A stretch of DNA of 64,000 nucleotides from an uncultured Alphaproteobacteria bacterium (GTDB taxonomy: Bacteria; Pseudomonadota; Alphaproteobacteria; HIMB59; GCA-002718135). The translations under genes were made by a program, and so were the position numbers. The notes beneath the pieces were generated by a model. The model ran no database searches. It was not told where the DNA came from and saw only the letters and a list, made by a program, of their open reading frames with translations. The stretch spans positions 48,782 to 112,781 of the forward strand of contig CACJSL010000001.1 in assembly GCA_902596065.1 (NCBI GenBank), given 5' to 3'. Every line of letters begins with the position of its first letter. Within the stretch, counting starts at the first letter, position 1. Shown here one piece after another: positions 9,794 to 18,807 of this stretch.

Positions 9794-10624
9794 TTAATTA
9801 ATAAAAAAATCTTTTGGCTGTTTTGAAATTTGAATAATATTTTTCTTTAATTTTTTTAAGGCAGCTGATTCTATTTGTCTTACTCTTTCTTTGCTAATAT
9901 TTAATTTTTTTCCAATCAGATCAAGTGTTATTTTTTTATCATTTAAATTTCTTGAAAGAATTATTTCTCTTTCTCTACTATTCAATAGTTCAATAGATTT
10001 TGCTAACCATTCATTTTTTAATTTATTATCATTATTTTTTTCAACAACTTCATCAGGTGTAAGAGAATTAGCTTTTAATATAGATAATAAATCTGGACCA
10101 TCTTCGTTATCTATAGTTTTATTTAAAGATAGATCCCCTAAGGCAAGCTTGTTTTCCATATGCTGAACTTGTAAGGGTTTTACATTTAAAAAATTAGATA
10201 TTTTTTCCACTTCTTCTTGGCCCATAAAATTGTGGGAGTCAAAATTGATTTGTTTTTTTAATTTATTTAAACCAAAGAATAATGTTTTTTGTGCAGCATT
10301 ATTACCATTTTTTACAATTGACCAATTTTTTAGAATATAGTTTTGAATTGTAGCTCTTATCCACCACTGGGAATAAGTTGATAATCTAAAACCTTTTGAT
10401 AAATCAAATTTTTCTAATGCATGCATAAAACCTATTGTACCTTCTTGCATTAAATCAAAGTGACTTAATCCATAGGAAGAATATTTTTTGGCTATTGAAT
10501 TTATTAATTTATTGTAAGCTCCTATTAATCTTAATAGAGATTTTTGATCATTATCATTTTGCCATTTTGTAATTAACTCATATTCTTCTTTTTTTTCTAA
10601 TGATTTTTGATTCATAAAATTCAA
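9794..10624 (-). CDS. rpoH: RNA polymerase sigma-32 (heat-shock sigma factor)
   Basis: Sigma-70 regions 2-4. STYSQWWIRATIQNYILKNWSIVK matches the alphaproteobacterial RpoH pattern. RpoH-box-like QKTLFFGLNKLK. Confidence 0.88.
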   Translation of the reverse strand: MNFMNQKSLEKKEEYELITKWQNDNDQKSLLRLIGAYNKLINSIAKKYSSYGLSHFDLMQEGTIGFMHALEKFDLSKGFRLSTYSQWWIRATIQNYILKNWSIVKNGNNAAQKTLFFGLNKLKKQINFDSHNFMGQEEVEKISNFLNVKPLQVQHMENKLALGDLSLNKTIDNEDGPDLLSILKANSLTPDEVVEKNNDNKLKNEWLAKSIELLNSREREIILSRNLNDKKITLDLIGKKLNISKERVRQIESAALKKLKKNIIQISKQPKDFFIN

Positions 10625-10825
10625 CCTATTATTTTTTTTAATCTTTTAACTTATAATGACATTAGAATGATTCTAATGTGTTAGCCATTAAAAAGGGTCA
10701 TATGTGACAATTTGGCAATAACACCTATTATTTTAAGTAGTAATTTTAAATAATATAAATTTACATATCTTGCTATTTGTTAATTACGCCCTAATTAGAA
10801 ACCTAAACAAATTTTTATAAAACTT

Positions 10826-11545
10826 ATGGAATATTTTTTACAATCGACGGATTATGTAGGGGTATCATTTTGGCTAGTTTCTGTAGCAATGGTAGCTGCT
10901 ACTGTTTTCTTTTTATATGAAGGTATGCATGTGAAAGAATCATGGAGAGTCTCAATGCTGTTAATGGGATTAGTGACATTGATAGCAGGAATTCACTATT
11001 ACTATATGAGAGATTATTGGATAACTTCTCAAGAGTCACCCATAGTCTATCGATATATAGATTGGCTACTTACTGTGCCACTTCAAATGATTGAATTTTA
11101 CCTTATTTTGGTTGCTGCAGGCTTGGCTGCAAGATCTGGTATTTTTTGGAGATTATTAGTTGGCACTTTAGTGATGCTTCTTGGTGGATATGCAGGAGAA
11201 AATAATTGGATTCACCCAACATTAGGTTTTGTTATTGGTATGGTTGGATGGATATATATTGTTTATGAAGTATTTAGAGGAGAATCAAGTGTCATTGCGA
11301 GTAAAAAAGATTCAATTAATAAAGCATTTAAAGCTCTTGGATTAATAATTGTTTTTGGCTGGGCTATTTATCCTATTGGATATATTTTTGGTCTGTTAAG
11401 TCCAATGATAGGAATGGGCACAGTCAATATAAATTTTTTAAATGTCACATACAATCTAGCAGACTTTGTTAACAAAATATTATTTGGATTAATAATATGG
11501 GACGTGGCTAGAAAAGATTCTTCTAAAGATTTAAAAGATGTCTAA
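10826..11545 (+). CDS. Proteorhodopsin (proton-pumping, Gln at the spectral tuning position, blue-absorbing type)
   Basis: RYIDWLLTVPLQMIEFY carries the D/T/E proton acceptor-donor set. Q87 (CAA 11084-11086) aligns with L/Q105 of reference PR. Retinal Schiff-base Lys lies in YNLADFVNKILFG. His in IHYYYMR. Confidence 0.95.
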   Translation: MEYFLQSTDYVGVSFWLVSVAMVAATVFFLYEGMHVKESWRVSMLLMGLVTLIAGIHYYYMRDYWITSQESPIVYRYIDWLLTVPLQMIEFYLILVAAGLAARSGIFWRLLVGTLVMLLGGYAGENNWIHPTLGFVIGMVGWIYIVYEVFRGESSVIASKKDSINKAFKALGLIIVFGWAIYPIGYIFGLLSPMIGMGTVNINFLNVTYNLADFVNKILFGLIIWDVARKDSSKDLKDV

Positions 11546-12263
11546 AAAGAAAATAATTGTAATCGGTGGGTCAGGCTCAATAGGATCAGCTATAGCACGA
11601 GATTGTATAAATGACGGTTTTGATGTTTGTCTTATAGGCAGAAATTATGCATCATTAGAAAAAGTATCAAAAGATCTTAATTGTACTTTTGAAAAAGCAG
11701 ACGTTACTCAGAATGAAGAATTAAAAAAAGCTATTAGTAATTGTGGAGACAATATTTATGGACTGGCCTACTGTGTTGGTTCAATAAATATGAAGACTTT
11801 ATCTTCTGCTCATGAAAATGATTATATAGATAGTTTTAAAATCAATGTTCTTGGAGCTATCACTGCTATTCAACATTCTAAAGATATGATTCTAAATAAC
11901 AAGGGATCAATATTATTGTTTTCTTCGGTAGCTGCTCAACAAGGTTTTATTAATCATACCGTGATATCTACTGCAAAAGCTGCCGTTGAAGGTTTAACTG
12001 TTTCATTAGCTGCAGAATTATCTCCTAAAGTGAGAGTAAATTGTATCGCTCCAAGCTTAACAGAATCAGGCATGTCTGAATCTATTCTATCTAATGAAAA
12101 TATGAAGAATGCTATAGCTTCTTTGCATGCTATTCCAAAAATTGGCCAAGCTGATGATCACAGTAAGCTTGCATCTTTCCTGCTTGGAGAAAAGAATTCA
12201 TGGATAACTGGGCAAATATTTCACGTTGACGGAGGTCGATCTACCGTTAGAAAAAAAGGGTAG
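11538..12263 (+). CDS. SDR-fold oxidoreductase with atypical active site (catalytic Tyr replaced by Ile)
   Basis: GGSGSIGSAIA Rossmann loop, FSSVAA Ser. The YxxxK position reads ISTAK (ATA 11964-11966). ATG 11538 overlaps the proteorhodopsin stop by 8 nt. Confidence 0.8.
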   Translation: MSKKKIIVIGGSGSIGSAIARDCINDGFDVCLIGRNYASLEKVSKDLNCTFEKADVTQNEELKKAISNCGDNIYGLAYCVGSINMKTLSSAHENDYIDSFKINVLGAITAIQHSKDMILNNKGSILLFSSVAAQQGFINHTVISTAKAAVEGLTVSLAAELSPKVRVNCIAPSLTESGMSESILSNENMKNAIASLHAIPKIGQADDHSKLASFLLGEKNSWITGQIFHVDGGRSTVRKKG

Positions 12264-12266
12264 TCT

Positions 12267-12767
12267 TTAGTAATTTAGCTCAATTGTAATTGGCTCACCA
12301 TGAATAAGATTAATAGAAGCTTTAGAAAATTTTGGTGGACCTTTGGGTTGGTAGTTATTGCTAAAAGCAAAGCCTTCTTTAGGCCTCCAAAAAAGTCCAG
12401 TTTTTAGCTCATTATTTGAATCCTCATCATGATAAACTACTACTGCTATTTTTCCTTCGTGTATTTTTGTTAAGGGAATTATCGTTTGTCCTTTGACAGC
12501 TTTTTTTCTTACAGATTCAATTGCAAGATCTTCTTTTAAAAAATTTTCTTTATTATTATAAATCTTAAGGTCTATATATCCTTCATCATGTTCAACATTT
12601 GTAATAATTATTGTCCCATGGGCATATACTGTAGTAGGTAAAAAAAATATAAAGAGTATTAACAAACGCACAAAAAACCTTTTCTTATTAAATTCAAAGA
12701 TATAATACTTAACTTTGTTAAATAATAAAGAATATTTAGAACGTCTTTTTGACTCCGATAAACCCAT
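12267..12767 (-). CDS. DUF2141 family exported protein
   Basis: VVVYHDEDSNNELKTGLFWRPKEGFAFSNN is the DUF2141 pattern. A GTG at complement 12669-12671 would give a clean signal peptide (MRLLILFIFFLPTTVYA-HG) and remove the overlap with pabB, so the true start may be 12671. Confidence 0.65.
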   Translation of the reverse strand: MGLSESKRRSKYSLLFNKVKYYIFEFNKKRFFVRLLILFIFFLPTTVYAHGTIIITNVEHDEGYIDLKIYNNKENFLKEDLAIESVRKKAVKGQTIIPLTKIHEGKIAVVVYHDEDSNNELKTGLFWRPKEGFAFSNNYQPKGPPKFSKASINLIHGEPITIELNY

Positions 12768-13944
12768 AGTTATATACAGGGTTACAAACGGATTTGATGT
12801 ATATACTGATTTTTCAAAAAGAATTAAACTGACAAAAAAAAATGCAAAACAGTTTTTTGAAAAAGAGGTAAGAAAAAAAAATCCTAAAAATAAATTTTTT
12901 GATGGTTATATTGGTTTTTTAAGTTTTGAACTTCAGTGTAAGTTAATAAATGTTAATCTACCTAAACAAAAAACAAATGGTTTCAAAGACAGTATTTTTT
13001 ATAAACCAAATACACTAATTAAAATTAGAAAAAATATACAAGTTTTTAGAACTACAATTTATAGTACGATTAGTAAAGCCGAAAGAGAAAAAAAAATTTC
13101 TATTTCTAAAAAAAAATTTTTTTATGATAAAAATTTTAATGTAAATATTTCTTTAGAAAAATATACAAAATTATTTAATCATTTTTCAAAAAAAATTCGT
13201 GAAGGCAAAACATATCAAATAAAAATTTGTCAAAAATACAGAAATAAATCAAATATTGATGCGGTTCAATTTTTTTGGAAACTAATGAAAGTCAATACTT
13301 CACCGGAGTCATTTATGATTAGAGATAATAATTTTTCAATTATAAGTTGTTCCCCAGAAACACTAATTGATAAAAAGAAAAATATAATTATCACTAAACC
13401 AATTGCAGGAACTTTAAAAAAAAATAAAAATACATCACTTAGATTTGCAAAGAAATTTTTTGCTAAAAATTTAAAAGAAAGCAAAGAACACAATATGATT
13501 GTGGATATGGAAAGAAATGATTTATCAAGAATTTGTAAAGTTGGGAGTGTTAAGATCAAAGATTTAAAATCTGTTGAGGAATATAAGGATTTATACCATT
13601 ATGTGACTACTATTAAGGGAATCTTAAAAAACAAAATTTCATCATTTGATATCATAAAAGCGATGATGCCTGGTGGATCAGTTATAGGTTGTCCTAAAAT
13701 CAGTACTTTAAATTTATTAAATTTTCAGGAAAAAGATAGTCGCAATATTTATACTGGAAGTTTCGGTTATGTTAAATCTAATGGAGATATGAGATTTAAT
13801 ATCATTATTAGATCTCTTTTAAATTACAAAAATATATCAGAAATTGCTGTAGCAAGTGGAGTGATATTAGGCAGCACTGCAATTAAAGAATATAATGAAA
13901 ACTTTATAAAAGCTAAGTCCTTATTGGATATTTTTAAATCATGA
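12715..13944 (+). CDS. pabB: Aminodeoxychorismate synthase component I
   Basis: Chorismate-binding C-terminal motifs KEHNMIVDMERNDLSRI, MPGGSVIGCPK, YTGSFGY. TTG start in the track; exact start uncertain. Confidence 0.85.
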   Translation: MLNNKEYLERLFDSDKPIVIYRVTNGFDVYTDFSKRIKLTKKNAKQFFEKEVRKKNPKNKFFDGYIGFLSFELQCKLINVNLPKQKTNGFKDSIFYKPNTLIKIRKNIQVFRTTIYSTISKAEREKKISISKKKFFYDKNFNVNISLEKYTKLFNHFSKKIREGKTYQIKICQKYRNKSNIDAVQFFWKLMKVNTSPESFMIRDNNFSIISCSPETLIDKKKNIIITKPIAGTLKKNKNTSLRFAKKFFAKNLKESKEHNMIVDMERNDLSRICKVGSVKIKDLKSVEEYKDLYHYVTTIKGILKNKISSFDIIKAMMPGGSVIGCPKISTLNLLNFQEKDSRNIYTGSFGYVKSNGDMRFNIIIRSLLNYKNISEIAVASGVILGSTAIKEYNENFIKAKSLLDIFKS

Positions 13945-14498
13945 TTTATATTATAGATCACGAAGATTCATTTACATTTAATTTGGCTCATCTGCTTGGT
14001 GCTTATGATACTGTTCAAGTATCTAATTTTTATGAAATTAATAAATCACAATTAAAAAAAGCTGATATGATTGTTTTATCTCCTGGGCCTGGGGAGCCTA
14101 AAAATTATCCAACAACAACAAAAATATATCATGAATACAAAGGAAAGAAAAAAATTCTTGGAATTTGTTTAGGATTCCAACAAATATTATTTGCAGAGGG
14201 TGGTCAAATTGTACAACAAAAAAATATTTATCATGGCTACCAATCTATAATTAATGTCTTGCCAAGAAGTTATTTATATAAACATTATAAAAAATTATCA
14301 GTTGGAAGATATCATTCATTAAAATTAAAAGAACCTTTTCAATCGTCTTCAATAGATATAACAATGCGATGTCAAAAAACTAATGTAGCTATGGCCCTGG
14401 AGGATAAAAAAAATAAGATATTTGGATTTCAATTTCATCCTGATTCTTTTTTAACAAAAAATGGAAAAAGTATTATACAAAAAATCGTATCAGCTTAA
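13941..14498 (+). CDS. pabA: Aminodeoxychorismate synthase component II (glutamine amidotransferase)
   Basis: ILGICLGFQ nucleophile elbow, FQFHPDS catalytic His; ATGA overlap with pabB. Confidence 0.85.
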   Translation: MIYIIDHEDSFTFNLAHLLGAYDTVQVSNFYEINKSQLKKADMIVLSPGPGEPKNYPTTTKIYHEYKGKKKILGICLGFQQILFAEGGQIVQQKNIYHGYQSIINVLPRSYLYKHYKKLSVGRYHSLKLKEPFQSSSIDITMRCQKTNVAMALEDKKNKIFGFQFHPDSFLTKNGKSIIQKIVSA

Positions 14499-15213
14499 TT
14501 CTTTCGCACCTAAAAGATACAATGATCTTTTGGGTAAGAGGGGTATTTTTTCAACTATTAGAGTTCTAGGCAAAAAACCTAAATTCATTTTAATAGATTT
14601 TCATATAAAAAATATGAATATAGCTTTGAAAAAAATGAACATTAATTTTTATATTTCTGAAAAACTGATTTTAGATTTTTTGCAACCCGCATTTAATAAA
14701 TTGAATAATAAAGATAGTTTATTAAGAGTGGCTATTAATTCTAATACAATCTCTTTATCTTTAAGAGCTAGACCAAAATACTATAAAAATTTTATTGGTG
14801 TATTTTCTTTTTATAAACGCCCAATCCCTCATGTAAAAAATTTATATTATAAAAAGGTCATGACGCTTATCAACTCAATTTATCCTAGAAAACAAGAGAT
14901 AATTTTATGCAATAATGGCCTTATATTAGAGGGGTGTACAACAAATATTATATGTATAAAGAATAAAAAAATCTATATTCCTAAAGAACACTATTATAAA
15001 GGTTGTACTATTAGTTACCTATTAAAAAATACTAAACGCCAAATACAAAAATCAAATATTGCTATTAATAATCTAAACAAATATGAAGAAATTTTGTTAG
15101 TAGGGTCAGGAAAAGGAGTTGTTAGTTTATCTGCAATACCTGAAATAAATTGGAAATCTAAATCTACTTTAATTTACAAAGAATTTATGAATTTATATAA
15201 AAAAATATTATGA
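14461..15213 (+). CDS. pabC: Aminodeoxychorismate lyase-like (fold-type IV PLP enzyme)
   Basis: LEGCTTNIICIKNKKIYIP matches the class IV aminotransferase/ADCL pattern; position between pabA and folP. Confidence 0.6.
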   Translation: MEKVLYKKSYQLNSFAPKRYNDLLGKRGIFSTIRVLGKKPKFILIDFHIKNMNIALKKMNINFYISEKLILDFLQPAFNKLNNKDSLLRVAINSNTISLSLRARPKYYKNFIGVFSFYKRPIPHVKNLYYKKVMTLINSIYPRKQEIILCNNGLILEGCTTNIICIKNKKIYIPKEHYYKGCTISYLLKNTKRQIQKSNIAINNLNKYEEILLVGSGKGVVSLSAIPEINWKSKSTLIYKEFMNLYKKIL

Positions 15214-16040
15214 AAACCATGATTTTAAATAAAAATAAATTTAATTTTCAATCTCCTCTAATGATGGGAATATGTAATGTAACAAAAGATTCTTTTAGCG
15301 ATGGTGGAAAAAATTACAAAACCTCAGATGCATTAACAAATATAAAAAAAATGTGGAAGGATGGAGCATCTATTATAGATATTGGGGCAGAAAGCACGAG
15401 ACCAGGAAGTGAGCCCATAACATATAAAAAAGAAATTAAAAAACTAGAACCTATTTTAAAAAAACTACCTAAAAATAAATTTATTATTTCTGTAGATAGT
15501 AATAAAATAGAAACACAAGAATTTGCCTTACAGCAAGGTGCTCATATAATTAATGATATATATGGAGGAAATGAAGATTTATTTTTTTTATCAAAAAAAT
15601 ATAAAAGTGGTTTAATATTAATGCATACGCCAGCTCCCCCAAAGTCTATGCAGTTAATGACAGGAAGTTACAAAAATATAATTAATGACATTAGAAAAAT
15701 TTTCTTATCTAAATCAAAATTATTAAAAAAATATAAAATTCCTCAATCTAAAGTTTATTTTGATCCAGGAATAGGTTTTGGAAAAAATCTTAATCAAAAC
15801 TTAGATATCATAAAAAATATTAATAAGTTTAAAATTGCAAAATATGGTTTATTAGTTGGTACATCAAGGAAGAGCTGGATAAGTAAAATCGATAATTCTT
15901 TAATCAACCAAAGGCTGGGAGGTTCGATTGCATCAGTTATATATTGTCTTGAAAAAGGAGTTGATATATTTCGAGTACATGATGTTCAAGAAACAAAACA
16001 GGCAATCAATATATATAATAAAATTTTATGTTCGAAGTAG
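15210..16040 (+). CDS. folP: Dihydropteroate synthase
   Basis: MGICNVTKDSFSDGG, IIDIGAESTRPGS, DPGIGFGK, RVHDV motifs. Confidence 0.92.
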   Translation: MKTMILNKNKFNFQSPLMMGICNVTKDSFSDGGKNYKTSDALTNIKKMWKDGASIIDIGAESTRPGSEPITYKKEIKKLEPILKKLPKNKFIISVDSNKIETQEFALQQGAHIINDIYGGNEDLFFLSKKYKSGLILMHTPAPPKSMQLMTGSYKNIINDIRKIFLSKSKLLKKYKIPQSKVYFDPGIGFGKNLNQNLDIIKNINKFKIAKYGLLVGTSRKSWISKIDNSLINQRLGGSIASVIYCLEKGVDIFRVHDVQETKQAINIYNKILCSK

Positions 16041-16372
16041 AAATAAAAAACTTAAAAACTAAAGCAAAAATAGGAATTAGCTCTAAGGAGAGAAAAAAAT
16101 TTCAAACATTGATAATTACATGTCGTTTTAAATATTCAATAATTAAAAAAGAAAAAATTGATGATATTAAATATCTAAAAGATTATTCTTCTATAGTTAA
16201 GTTTTTAAAAGAATTTGTCCAAAAATCTAAATATAAAAGCATAGAACGATTAACTTTTGAATGTGCTAATATTTTAGAAAAGAAATATAAATTAAAAAAA
16301 GTATTTATAAAAGTTAACAAAGTTGAAGTAGCAAAACGATATGGATGTGAGTCAATAAGTGTCTCAAAATAA
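16028..16372 (+). CDS. folB: Dihydroneopterin aldolase
   Basis: Size, IGISSKER N-terminal block and position between folP and folK. Confidence 0.7.
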   Translation: MFEVEIKNLKTKAKIGISSKERKKFQTLIITCRFKYSIIKKEKIDDIKYLKDYSSIVKFLKEFVQKSKYKSIERLTFECANILEKKYKLKKVFIKVNKVEVAKRYGCESISVSK

Positions 16373-16871
16373 GGTTTTTCTCGCACTTGGCTCAAATGTA
16401 GGAAATTGGAAAGTTAATTTTAATTCTTGTCTAATGGAATTAAAAAAAATCTCCAAACTAAAAGCCATTGCAAATATTTATGTATCAAAACCTTATGGTT
16501 ATAAAAAACAAAATGATTTTTATAATACAGTTGTTGCAGTTAAAACACGCAACAATCCATTTCAATTAATGAACCAAATTAAAATAATTGAAAAAAAACT
16601 TCACAAAAATAAAATATTGATCAATGGACCCAGGCGAATAGATATTGATATTATCTTTTTTAATTCATTAAATATTTCTTATAAAAAATTAATTATTCCC
16701 CACCCAAGAGTTAGTGAAAGAGATTTTGTCTTATTGCCTTTGTTTGATATTGATCCTTTTTTTAAACATCCACAATCTAAAAAATCTATAAAAGCATTAA
16801 CAACTGAATTAAAAACAACTTATATCAAAAAAAGTATTAGGCAGCCGAAAGAGATGTTTGTAATTCATTAA
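16359..16871 (+). CDS. folK: 2-amino-4-hydroxy-6-hydroxymethyldihydropteridine pyrophosphokinase
   Basis: FLALGSNVGN, GPRRIDIDII, PHPRVSERDFVLLPL motifs; GTG start. Confidence 0.85.
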   Translation: MSQNKVFLALGSNVGNWKVNFNSCLMELKKISKLKAIANIYVSKPYGYKKQNDFYNTVVAVKTRNNPFQLMNQIKIIEKKLHKNKILINGPRRIDIDIIFFNSLNISYKKLIIPHPRVSERDFVLLPLFDIDPFFKHPQSKKSIKALTTELKTTYIKKSIRQPKEMFVIH

Positions 16872-17484
16872 GTTTTAATAAAGATATATCATTGTTTTCA
16901 TCTTTGAGACTTCTTGAGACATCTAATCCATTTGGTGAAGCTATCTTTACAATATTCTTAGCATTATTATTATTAATGCCACCCCCAATAAATACTGGAA
17001 TATTGAATGTCTTTAAAAATTGAATGTGATCTAAACAATCATTTAGCGGATACGTAATTATTTCGTTATCTGTATAAACATTTAAATCATAATAATAAAT
17101 ATCAGTTAATGAGTGAATATCGCTAAGATAGGTTCTATCAAATTTTTTTGGATTAATAGCAATACCTATTTTTAATTTTTTAAAAATAGATTTAAGTGAT
17201 TGCAAATCTTCTTTAGGAAAAAAATATGAACACGAAATAGTTTTAGGTTTAGTAAAATCTATTTGAGCAATTAACTCTTTAAGTGTTTGATGACGTGTTA
17301 ATAGAACTGACTCAATTTTATAATAGTCACATTCTTCAATTAAATTTTTAATTTCTTCGTCATTACATGTATTAGGACCAGGAAGGTTATTACTAGCGAA
17401 ACCCAATAATTTCACATTATTTTCTGCAGCAATTTTTATTGATGAGACAGAAGTAATGCCGCAAATTTTTAAATTAATGTTCAT
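16837..17484 (-). CDS. Phosphoribosylanthranilate isomerase-like TIM-barrel protein
   Basis: MNINLKICGIT N-terminus typical of TrpF. The track start at 17511 is TTG; I prefer ATG at complement 17482-17484. No other trp genes nearby. Confidence 0.55.
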   Translation of the reverse strand: MNINLKICGITSVSSIKIAAENNVKLLGFASNNLPGPNTCNDEEIKNLIEECDYYKIESVLLTRHQTLKELIAQIDFTKPKTISCSYFFPKEDLQSLKSIFKKLKIGIAINPKKFDRTYLSDIHSLTDIYYYDLNVYTDNEIITYPLNDCLDHIQFLKTFNIPVFIGGGINNNNAKNIVKIASPNGLDVSRSLKDENNDISLLKLNELQTSLSAA

Positions 17485-17575
17485 ACTTACTAATATAGCA
17501 GATTTTGCCAAAAATTATTCAAGATTTAAATTATTTTTCTACATTCAATGTGTATTTTGATGTTAAATAGAACTA

Positions 17576-17977
17576 ATGATTTCAGAAAATTTTAATAAGT
17601 TATTTGAGGCTGCAAAAAAAGTCCGAGAAAGTGCACACGTCCCATATTCAAATTTTAAAGTTGGTGCTGCTTTATTGGTAGAAAATGACGCTATCGTTGT
17701 TGGGTGTAATGTTGAAAATGCCGCTTATCCTCAATCACAGTGCGCTGAAGCTAGTGCTATTGGGAATTTAGTTAGTCAGGGATTTTCTAAAATTAAAGAA
17801 GTAGTTGTAATAGGTTCAGGATCTTTATTATGCTCACCTTGTGGTGGCTGTAGACAACGTTTAAGAGAATTTGCATCATTAGAAACACCAATTCATATGT
17901 GTAATAGTGACGGTCATTTAAAAACTTCTACACTTAAAGAATTATTGCCTGACTCTTTTGGTCCAGAAAATTTATAA
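17576..17977 (+). CDS. cdd: Cytidine deaminase
   Basis: CAEASAI and PCGGCRQ zinc-binding motifs. Confidence 0.9.
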   Translation: MISENFNKLFEAAKKVRESAHVPYSNFKVGAALLVENDAIVVGCNVENAAYPQSQCAEASAIGNLVSQGFSKIKEVVVIGSGSLLCSPCGGCRQRLREFASLETPIHMCNSDGHLKTSTLKELLPDSFGPENL

Positions 17978-18807
17978 TGCATAACTCCGCTAAAATATTT
18001 TTAGAAAAAACAAATAATATTAATCCAGACATAGCTGTTATTTTAGGAAGCGGTCTAACTAATTTTTTTGAAGATAAAAATATTATCAACTCAATTTCTT
18101 ATGAAGACCTTCCAGATTTTCCAAAACCTACTGTTAAAGGTCACGCTGGTAAACTCGTTATAGGAAAAATTAGTGAAATGAATATTGTTTGTATGTATGG
18201 GCGCTCTCATATTTATGAAGGTCACGAACCACAAAGTTTAGCAAAACCCATTAGGGTATTGAAAGATATTGGATGTAAGTTATTAATTGTTACAAACGCT
18301 GCAGGAAGCCTTGATCAAAATATGCCTGCTGGAAGTTTAATGGCCATTACTGATCATATTAATTGGAGTGGATTTAATCCTTTAATTGGTATTAATGCTG
18401 ATGCTTATGGACCGCGCTTTAATGATATGAGTGATGGCTATCATAAAAAGTATAGAGACCAATTAATTAAAACAGCAAACAAAATAGATCAAAAGGTATA
18501 TGAAGGAATTTACTGTATGTATTCTGGACCAAATTTTGAAACACCTGCTGAAATCAATGCTCTTAAAGTTATTGGAGGAAATGCAGTAGGAATGTCAACT
18601 ATTCCAGAAGTCTTAGTGGCTAATCATTGTGGTCTTCCAGTGATTGCGATTAGTGTAATTACAAATTTAGCAGCAGGAATGAATAAAACCAAACTAAGCC
18701 ACCAAGAAACATTAGAAAATGCTGCACTAGCAGAAAACAATATAATAAATCTTATTAAAAACTTTATTCACGATGTAAAATTAGATGATTCCTCAGGAAA
18801 TAATTAG
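17977..18807 (+). CDS. Purine nucleoside phosphorylase (trimeric PNP/PunA type)
   Basis: GRSHIYEGH, NAAGSL, GMSTIPEV motifs; TAATG overlap with cdd. Confidence 0.88.
   Translation: MHNSAKIFLEKTNNINPDIAVILGSGLTNFFEDKNIINSISYEDLPDFPKPTVKGHAGKLVIGKISEMNIVCMYGRSHIYEGHEPQSLAKPIRVLKDIGCKLLIVTNAAGSLDQNMPAGSLMAITDHINWSGFNPLIGINADAYGPRFNDMSDGYHKKYRDQLIKTANKIDQKVYEGIYCMYSGPNFETPAEINALKVIGGNAVGMSTIPEVLVANHCGLPVIAISVITNLAAGMNKTKLSHQETLENAALAENNIINLIKNFIHDVKLDDSSGNN

Noticed and set aside
12715-12767. 53-nt head-to-head overlap of the divergent pabB and DUF2141 genes
   Set aside because: It is probably an artefact of taking the longest ORFs. pabB is drawn from a TTG. The DUF2141 ORF has a 32-aa extension before an internal GTG (complement 12669-12671) that yields a proper signal peptide. 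This is not evidence of real overlapping divergent coding.
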